Source of the DNA: Ascoidea asiatica JCM 7603
Taxonomy: Eukaryota > Fungi > Ascomycota
Assembly (NCBI GenBank): GCA_001600695.1
Contig: BCKQ01000009.1
Coordinates: forward strand, 45,330 to 109,329
DNA length: 64,000 nucleotides
Direction: 5' to 3'
The stretch's first letter is position 1; the number at the start of each line of letters is the position of its first letter. Under the pieces are notes generated by a model. It ran no database searches and was not told where the DNA came from. It was given only the letters and a program-made list of their open reading frames with translations. Positions 35,465 through 48,100 of this stretch are shown here, one piece after another. Made by a program: the position numbers and the translations under genes.

Positions 35465-36136
35465 AATTGCAATTGTGAATATCATTATCATATTTATTTT
35501 ATTATTTCATTATATCACCATCATTATATCAAATAGACATAAATAAAACTAAAACATTTTTGTAACGTTAACGCTCATTAAAATGTGCCAAAAATACAGT
35601 GTAGTTTAGTTTAGTTATGTATGTGACTTCAGAGCAGATATAATGCTGCTTATTTCAATGCGCAGAGAGCTCAGAGCTTAAATATCACAGTTAAGTTACG
35701 GTACTTTACCGCAGTAACAAATACACAGCTAGGCTCATTCAGTTCAAGCACTCTGCACCTGAGAAGAAATTGAAAATAATAAATCTAGCTAAACAATATA
35801 ATAGTTAGCATAATAAATATATCAATAAGAACCAATAACAAGAATTAACCAGAGCAAATGCAAATGCAAATGCAAAGGCGATTGGAGTAACTGAATCTCT
35901 TTGTTTGTTTTTTTGCTCGTTTATTTATTCGCTTTTAATAATTGTTTCCTATTTCTCTTAATTCTTTCACCCATCATTATTAAATGATCAACACTCATCA
36001 CTCAACAATCAATTGCCAATATTCAAGAATACTAACTGACTAAAAAAATAAAAAGCTGAGAGTTACTTATACATCAATATAAAAACATATTTTAATTCTA
36101 AGATTTCACATTCTCTTATTTTTATATTCAACAGAG

Positions 36137-39100
36137 ATGCCTCTTACCAAGAGTTTGTGGAAGAAAACTCAACCTCCTCAGGACAATTCTGAAAATGCTA
36201 ATCAGCATCAACACCATCATCCCATTCATTCCCAAAATAAAAAGAAGAATCTTACTCAAGATAATCAGCTGAATAATATAAATGAAAATGTACAGATTGA
36301 TTTACGTACCGGTGCTAATCATGATCGTATTGATAATGATATAAAGTCAAATCTAAGCCTTAATGCAGATTCTGAATTTATTCCTTCACTTCCTAAAAAT
36401 TATTCAGGTTTTCATGCAGTACCAAAAACTCAAAACATTCAAAATATTCCTCCTTTAAAAGAACCAATAAGACCAAGAATTCCAATGCGAAAATTTAAAT
36501 CTCAAAAAGATATTAAAAAACAAATTGAAAAAGATGATCGTCTTTCAATTTCAAGTAATTTGAAAGAAAAAGAAAAAGAAAAGGATAAAAATTCTTTCAA
36601 GGACTCTTTGACTATCAATAGCTCTAAATCAATTTCGAAAAAACCTTCTCATTTATTCAATAAATTAATATATTCAAGAAGAGAAAGTGAAAATTCTATA
36701 AATTCTTCTTCTACGGCTGCCACTACAGCAACTACCACCACCACCACCACAACTAATACTAACAATAATAATATTAATACAAATATCAATCGAAATCCAA
36801 TAAATGATTCCTCAGATTCACCAAATTTGAATCAATTAAATTATAATAATTTTGCTACTTTCCAAGATTCTTTAGGTAAAATAAATCAAAAAGAAGATAT
36901 TATCAATAATACTAAAGATAAAGAAAAGGAAAAAGACAACATTCATTTATCCACAGATAGAAAGAATTCAAAAGATTCAAATCATTCTTCTAACTCTTCA
37001 ACTCTTAATCAATCTACTTCCTCTTCTTATAAATTTTTTTCAAAACGTAATGGTTCAAGATTCAAAGCATTATCTAATAAGGTCTCTTCCACTAATATAC
37101 ATTCCGATAATTCAATTTTAAATTTATCTTCTAATACCAATAAAATTAATAAAATTAAAAATAATAAAAAGTTAAATAATGTAAATAATAATGAGCAGAA
37201 TTCAAAAAGATCCTTAACAGCACCAGAACCTACTCAAGTTTTTGATCTTGATTTGTCTGAGATGAATGGTATTTTAGCACCAGAAACTTTGAATTCCCCT
37301 TCAGAAACTCCAGTTCCAACCTCTTTTACTTCAAGATTAAAACACTCTATATCTTCTTCAAGACTTGGAAAACTTTCAACTTCCAGTTCTTCAGCTTCAA
37401 CAAAGCCTTGGAAAGCTCCTGATAGTTGGGATGTTAAACCTGATCAAGATTCAATTTTTTTCAATTATTCCATGAGTGCAAATTCTCAAAATAGACAATA
37501 TTCAATAATTTCAAATTGTGATCCAAAATCTGATGATCTAAATTCAAGACCTTCATTGGCACAAAATAATTTTCCTTCTCTTTCTAGAAAGGACTCTGGA
37601 ATGAATTTAAATAATAATTCAAAATTTACTGCTTCTCCTTTATCCAAAAATTCAACTCCAGCTTCATTTTCTTCTGAGATTAATGATGAAATAGATGGAA
37701 GTCCAACAAGTGTTAGACCGTTTGATGATAGAACTTTCACTCCAACTTATAATAATTATTATAATTCCGTTTCTTCTAATTCAAATGTTAGAAAAAATTC
37801 AAATTTAAATCCAAATTCTCTTTTCAAAGATAATTATAAATTAGCTCCAAAGTTTGAAAGACGCCCTTCTCATTTATCATCAACAACAACTATGAATACT
37901 CTGAATGGAACAGGTAGTGGAAATTTCAATCAAGGTGGTGTGAAATCAAGTTTATCCACAATAAGTACCATATCCTCTTCCAAACTGCAAGGAGATACAT
38001 TTACAATAAAAATTTTTAGTGAAGATGATTCATTTTCCACAACTGTTCGTTGTCCACCAGGTGTGACAGTATATGAATTATTGAAACTTGTTTCAAAAAA
38101 ATTCAGAATTGATGATAAAGCGATAAAGAATTATGCTTTATTTTTGAAAATTGGTAAATTATCTAAAAATTTAGAATTAATTGATCAACCTATTAGAGAA
38201 CAAAATAAATTATTAATATTAGCAGGCTATGATCCTCGAAAAGATGACTTTAAAATCTTAGGAACAGATATTACATACATTTGTAAATTTATTTTACAAA
38301 AAAATGAATATAGAAAACTAAGTCCTGATGAAGAGAGTTCAATTACTAGAGATTATGTTCATGTAGATCTTAGAAATATGGATCTTCTTACAATACCTGT
38401 TATATTTTATCAGCATACTTATGAAATTGAAGAGTTAGATGTTTCAAATAATCCTTCGATTTATATACCTATGGATTTTGTTAATAGTTGCATAAATTTA
38501 AGGAAAATAAGATATGTTTCTAATAGGTCAAATAAGTTTCCTTTAAATATACTTGAGGCAAAAAAGCTATATCATTTAGATATTCAAAATAATTTATTCA
38601 GAGATTTACCTCTTCAAATCGGCTCTCAGCTCACTTTTTTAACAAAGTTAAATTTGAGTTGTAATCAAATCATTCATCTACCTAAGACATTTTCCCAGTT
38701 AAAACATTTAAAGTATCTTGACTTATCATCTAACTTAATGAATTTTTTCCCCGATCCAATAACAAAATTACCTTTTTTAATAGATTTAGATTTAAGTTAT
38801 AACACCATTTCTCACATTCCTGATACTATTTCTCATTTAAAACATTTAGAAAGATTAAATTTGGGTACTAATGCTCTAAAAAAATCTTTACCTCCATACA
38901 TTAGTGATTTAAAAAGATTAAGATATATCAATTTAAACTATAATGATTTAGTTAATTTTGATATTTTGGGTGAATTAGATTTTTTAGAGGAAATACACGT
39001 TTCTAAAAATAAAGTTCCAACTTTTAAGAATGATAATGAAAATTTAAGGGTATTTGTTTTTGACAGGAATCCTATTACTGACTTAAGTTTTAATAATGTT

Positions 39101-42100
39101 CTTCCATCGCTCACAAACTTAAATCTTTCAAAAGCAAAGCTTTCCTCTATTCCTGACAGTTTCTTATTAACTATTCCTAATGTCGAAAATTTAACTTTGG
39201 ATAAAAATCATATAGTGACATTACCTGATGGTATGTGCAACCTTCAAAGACTTATTAATCTTTCATGTTTTGGAAATAGAATACAGACAATTCCAAAACA
39301 TATAGGAAAATTAGTTTCTTTACAATCTTTGGACCTTCACTGTAATAATATTAAATCGATTCCTGAATGTATATGGTCTTTAAAGAACCTTTATAATTTG
39401 AATCTTTCTACAAATCTTATATCCCATTTTCCAGCTCGACCGGGAAATTCTGCAAACCTTTCTTCTGCTTCAGTTACTAGTTTTCCTACAATGCCCTCAA
39501 TTTCCAATAATTTAACCTCAAATATTATAGATGATTTGAAGGCTAGAAGGCGATCTTCTGCTCTATCTCCAGAATTACTGCCTATTTCTGGATTTAGTGA
39601 AAATGATGAGTTTAATCAAAGAAGTGATAGCGTATCTACTTCAGGAACGAGTACATCCTATTATACTCCATTGTCAGGAGGCTCTGATTTGGCTAATGGA
39701 TTGTTTTTTTTAAGTATGGCTGATAATAAATTACAGGACGATTCTTTTGAAGCATTCTCACTAATGACGTCTTTAAAAAGTCTCAATCTTTCCTATAATG
39801 ATTTAATTGAAATTCCTTCTGGGGCTTTGAAGAAGTTAGTTGGATTATCGAGGTTATACTTGTCTGGTAATAAATTGAATAGTCTTCCAACTGATGATTT
39901 TAAAAGATTGAACAATTTGAGAGAATTGTATATAAATGGTAACAGATTTCATTCCTTACCTGCAGAATTATCAAGAATTGTTGAATTGTCAGTTTTAGAT
40001 GCAGGCTCTAATCAACTAAGGTATAACACTGCTAATATTCTATATGATTGGAATTGGCATTGGAATACAAAATTGAAGTACATGAACTTTTCGGGAAATA
40101 AAAGACTAGTTATAAGTAATAATAGAGACAATACCGATAGCTTTGAAAGTTTGAAAGATTTAAGAATTTTGGGTTTGATGGATTTAACTTTCCCAACTTC
40201 ATCAATTCCTGACGAGTCATTGAATACTCGAGTTAGAACTACTGCTTCTCAAATTACGAACGATAATAAATTTCTTACATATGGTATTGCTGATACATTA
40301 GGTAAAAGAGAAAATATATCAACTAGAGATGTCTTAATAGAAAATTTCAGATCCAATCCAAAGGAACTTTTACTTTGCCTTTTTGACGGAAAAAATGAAG
40401 AGCCTAAGGATGGTCATAAGATATCTAAAATAATCGAGGAGCAATTTCCAAGACTTTTTGCTGCCGAATTAAAATTACTTGATGATATACCCAGTCTGGT
40501 ACGCCGAAAATCAGATCCTAATGAATCCGACGAAACTACCGAAAGTAAATACGTTCAAAATGCACTCAGAAGAGCATTTCTTGCTTTAAATAAGGTCATT
40601 AATACTTATCTGATTAGTAGAGGATCAGAAGTATCAGGAACTATTACTAATAAAACCAATATTCCCAAATTAGTCTTGGAAGATTTATCAACAGGGTGTT
40701 CTGTTACAGTAATATATATCAGAGATAGACAATTGTTTTCAGCTAATATTGGAGATACTTTAGCAATTTTGTCAAAAACTAATGGAGATCATGAAGTTTT
40801 AACCGTCAAACATGATCCTACAACTAGATCCGAATTTGAAAGAATACGTGCAAGTGGAGGATTTGTTAGTAGTAAAGGCAAGTTAGATGGTATTTCTGAA
40901 ATTTCCAGAGCTTGTGGTCATTTTGATTTGTTACCTCATATTCATGCCAGTCCTGAAATTAAACAATTGAGTTTAACAGTTTTAGATGAAATGATAGTAA
41001 TTGCCACAAATGAATTATGGGATTTTGTTTCGTTTGAGACAGTTGTTGATGTAATTAGAAAAGAAAGAAATGATCCTATGTTAGCTGCACAAAAATTAAG
41101 AGATCATGCAATATCATATGGTGCTGAGGATAAGATAACTGTAGTTATTTTAGCTTTGCAGCAATTTGATAAAAAATCAGAAAAAAATGATGAATCATTG
41201 ATACCTATGAAAATACGAAAAGATAGAGAACATGTAGCTGAAGATTCTGCTTTACAAAAATTAGAAGATGAAATTGATCCACCAACTGGGTCAATAGCTT
41301 TGGTTTTTACAGATATTAAAGATTCCACATTATTATGGGATACATTACCAATTGCAATGAGATCAGCCATTAAAATTCATAATGATATTATGAGAAGACA
41401 ATTAAGAATTATTGGAGGTTATGAGGTTAAAACTGAAGGAGATGCATTTATGGTTTCATTTCCAACACCATTATCAGCATTAATTTGGTGTTTTAAAGTT
41501 CAAATGATGTTATTAACAGCGGATTGGCCTTCGGAAATTGCACAAGAAATTAAAAAAGATTCAAAAGTATTATATAGAGGATTATCAGTTAGAATGGGTA
41601 TTCATTGGGGTAATCCAGTTTGTGAAAAAGATATTATAACTAAAAGAATGGATTATTTTGGACCAATGGTTAATAGAGCAGCTAGAGTTAATGCAGAAGC
41701 TGATGGTGGACAAATTGCAATAAGTTCTACATTTTATTATGAATTTCGTAAATTAGAAAAAGCTTATTTAAAAGTTAAAAATGAAAATGCTTCAATAAGT
41801 GAATGTTATGATGATGAAATAATTGGACAAACATATTATGGAGAAATGGAAACTATTCAAACTATTGGAATTGATATAAAACTTTTAGGAGAAAGAAAAC
41901 TTAAAGGTCTTGAAACTCCAGAAATAATTTGGTTAGTTTATCCAGCAGAATTAAGTGGAAGATATACATCAGAACAAGAGCAAAATAAAAAAAGAGATGA
42001 TAATACTATTTTACCATTACAATATATCAGTCAATTAAATGTAATTGCATCCAAATTAGAAAATATATGTTCTAGTCTTAATAAAAATAAAAATATTGGA

Positions 42101-42451
42101 AATATTATTGATATTAAAAATGAAAGATTGGATAGATTAGATAGATTTGATAATAATATCAATATTAATATCAATATTAATAATAGTAATAGTATTATTA
42201 GTGGTAATAAAGAAAAAGATAAAAATAATGAAAATGAAGAAGGAATGTTTAATCATGTTTTAAAATCAGATAATGATTTTCTTAGATTGGTTGATAATAT
42301 TATAACTAGAATTGAGAATAGTATAACAGTTATTAATTTAAGGCAAAGTTTAGGTAGATTAAAAGAAGGAAATGAATATTTATTAGGAAGTGATTATAAA
42401 AGTATTGATGATTTATTAAAACAATTATCAACAGTGTTTAAGAATGTTTAG
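36137..42451 (+). CDS. CYR1: Adenylate cyclase
   Basis: Fungal architecture: WKAPDSWDV, Ras-association domain, LRR array, PP2C-like domain, and catalytic motifs LVFTDIKDST, VKTEGDAFMV and MDYFGPMVNRAARV. Confidence 0.97.
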   Translation: MPLTKSLWKKTQPPQDNSENANQHQHHHPIHSQNKKKNLTQDNQLNNINENVQIDLRTGANHDRIDNDIKSNLSLNADSEFIPSLPKNYSGFHAVPKTQNIQNIPPLKEPIRPRIPMRKFKSQKDIKKQIEKDDRLSISSNLKEKEKEKDKNSFKDSLTINSSKSISKKPSHLFNKLIYSRRESENSINSSSTAATTATTTTTTTTNTNNNNINTNINRNPINDSSDSPNLNQLNYNNFATFQDSLGKINQKEDIINNTKDKEKEKDNIHLSTDRKNSKDSNHSSNSSTLNQSTSSSYKFFSKRNGSRFKALSNKVSSTNIHSDNSILNLSSNTNKINKIKNNKKLNNVNNNEQNSKRSLTAPEPTQVFDLDLSEMNGILAPETLNSPSETPVPTSFTSRLKHSISSSRLGKLSTSSSSASTKPWKAPDSWDVKPDQDSIFFNYSMSANSQNRQYSIISNCDPKSDDLNSRPSLAQNNFPSLSRKDSGMNLNNNSKFTASPLSKNSTPASFSSEINDEIDGSPTSVRPFDDRTFTPTYNNYYNSVSSNSNVRKNSNLNPNSLFKDNYKLAPKFERRPSHLSSTTTMNTLNGTGSGNFNQGGVKSSLSTISTISSSKLQGDTFTIKIFSEDDSFSTTVRCPPGVTVYELLKLVSKKFRIDDKAIKNYALFLKIGKLSKNLELIDQPIREQNKLLILAGYDPRKDDFKILGTDITYICKFILQKNEYRKLSPDEESSITRDYVHVDLRNMDLLTIPVIFYQHTYEIEELDVSNNPSIYIPMDFVNSCINLRKIRYVSNRSNKFPLNILEAKKLYHLDIQNNLFRDLPLQIGSQLTFLTKLNLSCNQIIHLPKTFSQLKHLKYLDLSSNLMNFFPDPITKLPFLIDLDLSYNTISHIPDTISHLKHLERLNLGTNALKKSLPPYISDLKRLRYINLNYNDLVNFDILGELDFLEEIHVSKNKVPTFKNDNENLRVFVFDRNPITDLSFNNVLPSLTNLNLSKAKLSSIPDSFLLTIPNVENLTLDKNHIVTLPDGMCNLQRLINLSCFGNRIQTIPKHIGKLVSLQSLDLHCNNIKSIPECIWSLKNLYNLNLSTNLISHFPARPGNSANLSSASVTSFPTMPSISNNLTSNIIDDLKARRRSSALSPELLPISGFSENDEFNQRSDSVSTSGTSTSYYTPLSGGSDLANGLFFLSMADNKLQDDSFEAFSLMTSLKSLNLSYNDLIEIPSGALKKLVGLSRLYLSGNKLNSLPTDDFKRLNNLRELYINGNRFHSLPAELSRIVELSVLDAGSNQLRYNTANILYDWNWHWNTKLKYMNFSGNKRLVISNNRDNTDSFESLKDLRILGLMDLTFPTSSIPDESLNTRVRTTASQITNDNKFLTYGIADTLGKRENISTRDVLIENFRSNPKELLLCLFDGKNEEPKDGHKISKIIEEQFPRLFAAELKLLDDIPSLVRRKSDPNESDETTESKYVQNALRRAFLALNKVINTYLISRGSEVSGTITNKTNIPKLVLEDLSTGCSVTVIYIRDRQLFSANIGDTLAILSKTNGDHEVLTVKHDPTTRSEFERIRASGGFVSSKGKLDGISEISRACGHFDLLPHIHASPEIKQLSLTVLDEMIVIATNELWDFVSFETVVDVIRKERNDPMLAAQKLRDHAISYGAEDKITVVILALQQFDKKSEKNDESLIPMKIRKDREHVAEDSALQKLEDEIDPPTGSIALVFTDIKDSTLLWDTLPIAMRSAIKIHNDIMRRQLRIIGGYEVKTEGDAFMVSFPTPLSALIWCFKVQMMLLTADWPSEIAQEIKKDSKVLYRGLSVRMGIHWGNPVCEKDIITKRMDYFGPMVNRAARVNAEADGGQIAISSTFYYEFRKLEKAYLKVKNENASISECYDDEIIGQTYYGEMETIQTIGIDIKLLGERKLKGLETPEIIWLVYPAELSGRYTSEQEQNKKRDDNTILPLQYISQLNVIASKLENICSSLNKNKNIGNIIDIKNERLDRLDRFDNNININININNSNSIISGNKEKDKNNENEEGMFNHVLKSDNDFLRLVDNIITRIENSITVINLRQSLGRLKEGNEYLLGSDYKSIDDLLKQLSTVFKNV

Positions 42452-42751
42452 ATATTGAAATAATTAATAAATTCATTATATTCAATTTGACCATTATTAT
42501 TTTTATCAATTTTATTAACTAGATCTGTTAAATAATCTTCAGATAAAGATGGATCAGAATATTTAAATAAATCTTTAGTTTCTTGTAAAGATAATTTACC
42601 ATCATTATCTTTATCTAAAGAATAAAATACATATGATATATAGTCATCATCTTCAGTTTTTATATTATCCTTATCGTTATTGTTATTGTTATCCTTCTTC
42701 TTACTATTTTTGTTAATATTCTTTTTATTTTTATTACTATTCTTATTATTA

Positions 42752-42784
<33 letters not shown>

Positions 42785-43167
42785 GTATTCATAGAAATTG
42801 TACTATTTTGGACATTATTTATATTATAATTATTAATTTTTTCATTTTTATCATTTTTATTATTTAATTTATGTAATTTATTTATGTTATTTATGTTATT
42901 CATGTTATTTGAATTGGTTGTTATTGAAATATGATTAATATTCATAAAATTTACAAATTCATTAAAATCTATTTTACCATCATTATTTAAATCAATTTTA
43001 GATAATAAATTATCAATTATTAAATCAGATGGCAGTTGATTTAAAATGATAAAAAGTTGTTTAATTTCATCTTTTGATATTAAACCATCATTATCTTTAT
43101 CAAATACTTTAAAAGATTCTTTATATATTTTTGTTTGATCCATGTTAAGAGGTTTAGAAACTTTCAT
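42448..43167 (-). CDS. Divergent calmodulin-like four-EF-hand protein with an expanded Asn/Lys-rich central linker
   Basis: EF loops DKDNDGLISKDE, DLNNDGKIDFNE, DKDNDGKLSLQE and DKNNNGQIEYNE, with calmodulin-like YKESFKVFDKD. Its stop codon overlaps the CYR1 stop. Confidence 0.85.
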
Positions 43168-44056
43168 TATCAGTGAGTGAATTTATATATAAAGTTTTTT
43201 TAACTTATTAATGAATCTCAAAGATAAATAGATCTATGGATATTGAATAATGAAAATGAAAAAATAAAACAAAGTATTGGATATAAGATATGTATTATAT
43301 AATACATTATTGAATCTTATAGGAGGTTTTAAGATAAGATAATAATTTGATCCTTAAACATTTTTTCGGTAGGGTTGGAACGAGATTTAAGAAAGCCATA
43401 GGATAGAAGAGTATCAAACTAGTCCTTTAATATATTTTTATCTTAGAATGAACTACTTGTATATTGAACTATTAATGGACTTGAAAGGGTCAAATTACTG
43501 GACTCCAGAAGATAGATTCAGATAAATATATCCATTTAACTTATATTATTTTACTTGAATTCTTTTCAATTATTATATTTCTGGTTTCCTGTACCGTATC
43601 AATAAAAGCGTTTCTCGTAACCTTAAAGCTTCCTCCACAATTCCTGGCAACTTTACACCTTCTCCAGTCACGTTTTATCCAGATTCTGACTGCGGAGGGC
43701 GAGGCTGGTTAATGGCTGGTGTGGCTTGTAAAAAACATATTGAAGCCAGGTTTGCGGTACTGATAGAGTATCTGATAACGAAAGAGCACTGCACCACCAG
43801 CTATTACTGTTACTGTTACTATTACTATCTATCTACGATAGGGTACTTCACCTTGTTATATAATAAAAATAATAATAATGGTGGTAATATCAAGCTGTGA
43901 TGGTTGGAGAAGTTCAATCAAGCTTTATATTTTATATCCTTCTTTCTATATAGAGATATCTATCTATATTTCAACTGCTTTAGTCAATTCCAGCTCAATT
44001 TTTGATTGATCTTTGCAATTCTTTGCAATTGGTATTGTATCATTCATCATTATCAA

Positions 44057-45118
44057 ATGAGTTTATCCTCATTACCTTTTCTTGAATCTCAAATAGATTC
44101 TTATCTTAATAAAGATCATTCCTCTCATTCCTTCAATTCTAAATCAAATAATCCATCAAATAATCCATCTAATGATCCATCAGATAATTCATCAGATAAT
44201 CAATTAGATGATGATTTAAAATCAATAATTGATAATTTCAAAACTTTGAGTAATCCAGAATTAATAATATTTTTCATTTTTTCAAAATTATTCAATATTC
44301 CAAATGATGATTCTTATACTGATCTTGAAAATTTTGAAAACATTGAGAATATTGAAAACATTGAAAATATAGAAAACATTGAAGAATTGGGAAATAATAA
44401 TATTCAAGATGAATTGATAAATGGTATTCCAATTCATGAAATTAATAATAAATCTTCTTCAGAAAATCAATTAAATAATATAATTAATCCATTTATTAAT
44501 AATGATTTTATAATAAATTGGTTAAATTTAAATTTATATAATTTTTCAAATATATCTGAATTATCTCAATTATCAAAAGATATTTTTAATTTCTCAAATT
44601 CTTTTGTTTCTTTCTATTCAATTTATACTTCAAATTTATTACAAAATCATAATAATAATCAAATTTATTTAAAAAATTTATTTAATTTATTATTTCATTT
44701 ATTATTTATAAATAATAATGATTATGATAATCTTAATAAAAATCAATCTAAAATTTCAATTAATTTATTATTATTATCTTTAAATATAATTTATCAATTA
44801 TCAATAATTTCTTCAATAAATTTACTTATTTTACATCAATCAAATTCAATTTTAAAAATTTTATTAAAAAATATTTTAATAAATCTTGATTCCATAATTA
44901 ATAATAAAAAAAATAAGAATGAAAACATTTATAATATTAATCAAATTTTATTTAATAATCTCTTTAAATTATATTTATCAATATCTAAATTAGGTTCAAA
45001 TGATTTTCAATCTTTTCTGATTTTATTTAAAAAAATTATAAAATTAAATGATTTAAATTTATCTTTTGATTTTTTTTCTCAATTATTAAATTATATTCAA
45101 TCTTTAAATAATGATAAC

Positions 45119-45152
<34 letters not shown>

Positions 45153-48100
45153 GTTATAATAAAAGTAGTTCGAATTTGAATTTAAGTAAAAATTTATCTT
45201 CTCCTATAACTCCATCTTCATTTGAATCAAATCTAAATAATAAAATTATAGATAATTCCTTATTAAATTTATCAAATCCAATGAATTTTTTAATATTTAA
45301 TAATAATTCTTTTATTCAATTTAATAATTTAAAATTATCTTTAAAAAATGGTTATACAATTCAAACTTGGGTTCAATTTAATTTCAATAGTATTTTTAAT
45401 TCTTATGAATTTATAAATTTATCCAACTCAAATATTCTTAACTCCAATTCAAATTCAAATTCAAACTCAAATTCAAACTCAAACTCAAATATAAATTTAT
45501 CAAACTCAAATAACATCAATAATCAAGAAAAATTAACTTTTATAAGATTTTTAAATTATAAAGATCAAATTTTTCTAGAATTATCTTTAAATAAAAAGAA
45601 TCAAAATCAACTCACAATTACAATCAGTGATCCAGATAAAAATAATTATTTTGAAAAAACTTTCAATAATTTCAATTTTGAAGTTTTCTCAAATCAATCA
45701 AAACTTCCTAATAAAAAGAAAAATCAATCTCAACCCCAATCTCAAAATAATACTAATAAAAATATTAATCAAAATATTGATTCAATTGTGGATAATAAAA
45801 ACTCATCATTAATAAATAATAATTCAAAATTAAATAACTTTTTTTCAAATCAATATAGTAATAAACTTTTTGATACTCTTTCAATGAATTCTAAATCAAA
45901 TCCTTCTTCAAAATATTTATCTAATCCTTTAATTAAAAAATTAAATACGACTTTAAATTCTTCAAATTATGAAGAATCTATTGATGAATCTTTACTGCAT
46001 AGTGATCACTCAGATTATCTACAAACTAAATTTTATAATATAACTTTATGTCATAGTGGTAATAATACTTCTAATTCTTCTAAAAAACATTTTTTATTAT
46101 CTAAAAAATCAACATCTAGAATATCTTTATTTATTGATGGTGAATTTATACAATCTGTTGATTATCCTTTTAATTATTTACCAACTTATGATAAAGAAAT
46201 TCAAGTTCAAATTGGAAATTTTACACCAGAAATAATACCTTCATCAGATTCTCTGATACTTAATGATAATTCTTCAATAAATTTTTATAATTTTATGTTA
46301 ATTAATAGAATTCAAACTTATCAATGGATTAATTTAAATTATAATTTATCATTAAATTATCCTCATAATTATAAAGATTTAAGTTTGATTAATAAATTTT
46401 TAAATTATAAAAAATTAACGTTTTTTGAGTTAAGATTAAAAGAAATGAATATATCCTTTTCTGATCCTCAATTTTTAAACAATGATAAACAACTAATAAA
46501 TCTTGAGGCAAGCTTTTCAAGTTTAAATACTTCCGATAAGCCAGGAAGTCCTGTTATTGGAGATGATAAACTTAAAAATTTAAGCTATTTAGAAAATATT
46601 ATTAGTAATAGTGAAAAAATGTATTTCTCAGAAAGTAATTCATTATATCCCAAAAAAAATAAAGATTTAAATTTTGATTTAAAAAATTATCTTTTACTTA
46701 ATAATGATGATATATTGATTAATTTTAATTCTAAAAGTATATTTCATGATTCAAATAAATTAGGAATTTTTTTGAAATCAAAAAAATCTTATTTAAATAA
46801 TAAAAAATCCATAACTAATGAACCTGAAGATGAAAATCCCTTTTCAATTGTTTTAAATACCGCATTTAATTCATTTCATTGCCCTTCATTAAATCCATCA
46901 TTTTGTGGTCTTATTGAAGGATCTGGAAAAATTATTAATTATCATTCTAATTCTACAACATTGATAAATTTTTTTAATTCAATAGATGGACCAACAATTT
47001 TACTAAAAATCTTAGATTCATTAACTGATGTTCCAAATGAAGATACGCAAATTGATTTAAATGTTGAATCGTTGATTGTTTTATTGAAAATAATTTTTGA
47101 ATTAAGTTTAAGCAATTATAAGTTTGCTAAAGAATTAGAAGATAAAAATGGATATTATATTTTATCTATAATTCTTAAAAATAAACCACATTTATGTACT
47201 TTGCAAGTTTTGGATACAATTTTGTGTTATGTTGGTTATAGACATGATTCACCTTTTGAATCGGTTATAATAAATTCAACAGCTTATAGGTCGTTAATAC
47301 TTGATTTTGACATTTGGAAAAATTCAGATAAAGAAACGTTCAAATTTTTATTATTTCAATTTACTGTTTTCAGTCAGGATAGTAAATATCACGAATTTAA
47401 TATGAAAAAAATTGTTAGAATAAAGCTAGTCAAAAGATTTGTACAAAATTTAAAATCTAATACTTTTTCAAGAGAGTTTTTACCTATAGTCTCTAATACA
47501 TTGAGTATCTTAATAAGAGCAAGTCCCACAGCTGAAACTTTTCATTCCTTATCTCTTTATATTATTTATGCCTTACATGTCAATAAAGGTTTTACTACAG
47601 ATACAAATTTAGTCAGTGTTTCAGATCCCGATTTGCAAAGAAAATGTGGTATTTGCTTACTTGATGTTTTGGTTTCTATTGTCTGTGATTTATCTTCACG
47701 TTATATTATAAAAAAAATTGTTAAAAGTGTCAATTATAAATGGATTTTATTGTTACTTGATGATCATAGTGAAGAAGTCATTAAACTTGGGATAAGATTG
47801 TTGGTTAGAATGTTTTCGCTTCTTGGAATCGATTATTATAACAATTTCATTTTAATAAAAGGGTTTGTTGTTCTAAAAAATTTCTTGAAAAAATGGTATG
47901 CAAATGATGAAATTATAGTTTTATCTTTTGCAGGCAGTTTTGGAATTTCTCAAGTGCAGGATTTAGGTTCCAATATTTTTGAGTTTTCAAAAAGGTTATC
48001 AAAAAGAAGTAAGAAATTGTCCATTGTGATGCCTGAGTTTCAGTATTTATTATTTGATTTGATTGAAAACTCCATAGAAGTTAATAGCGATAATAAGCAT

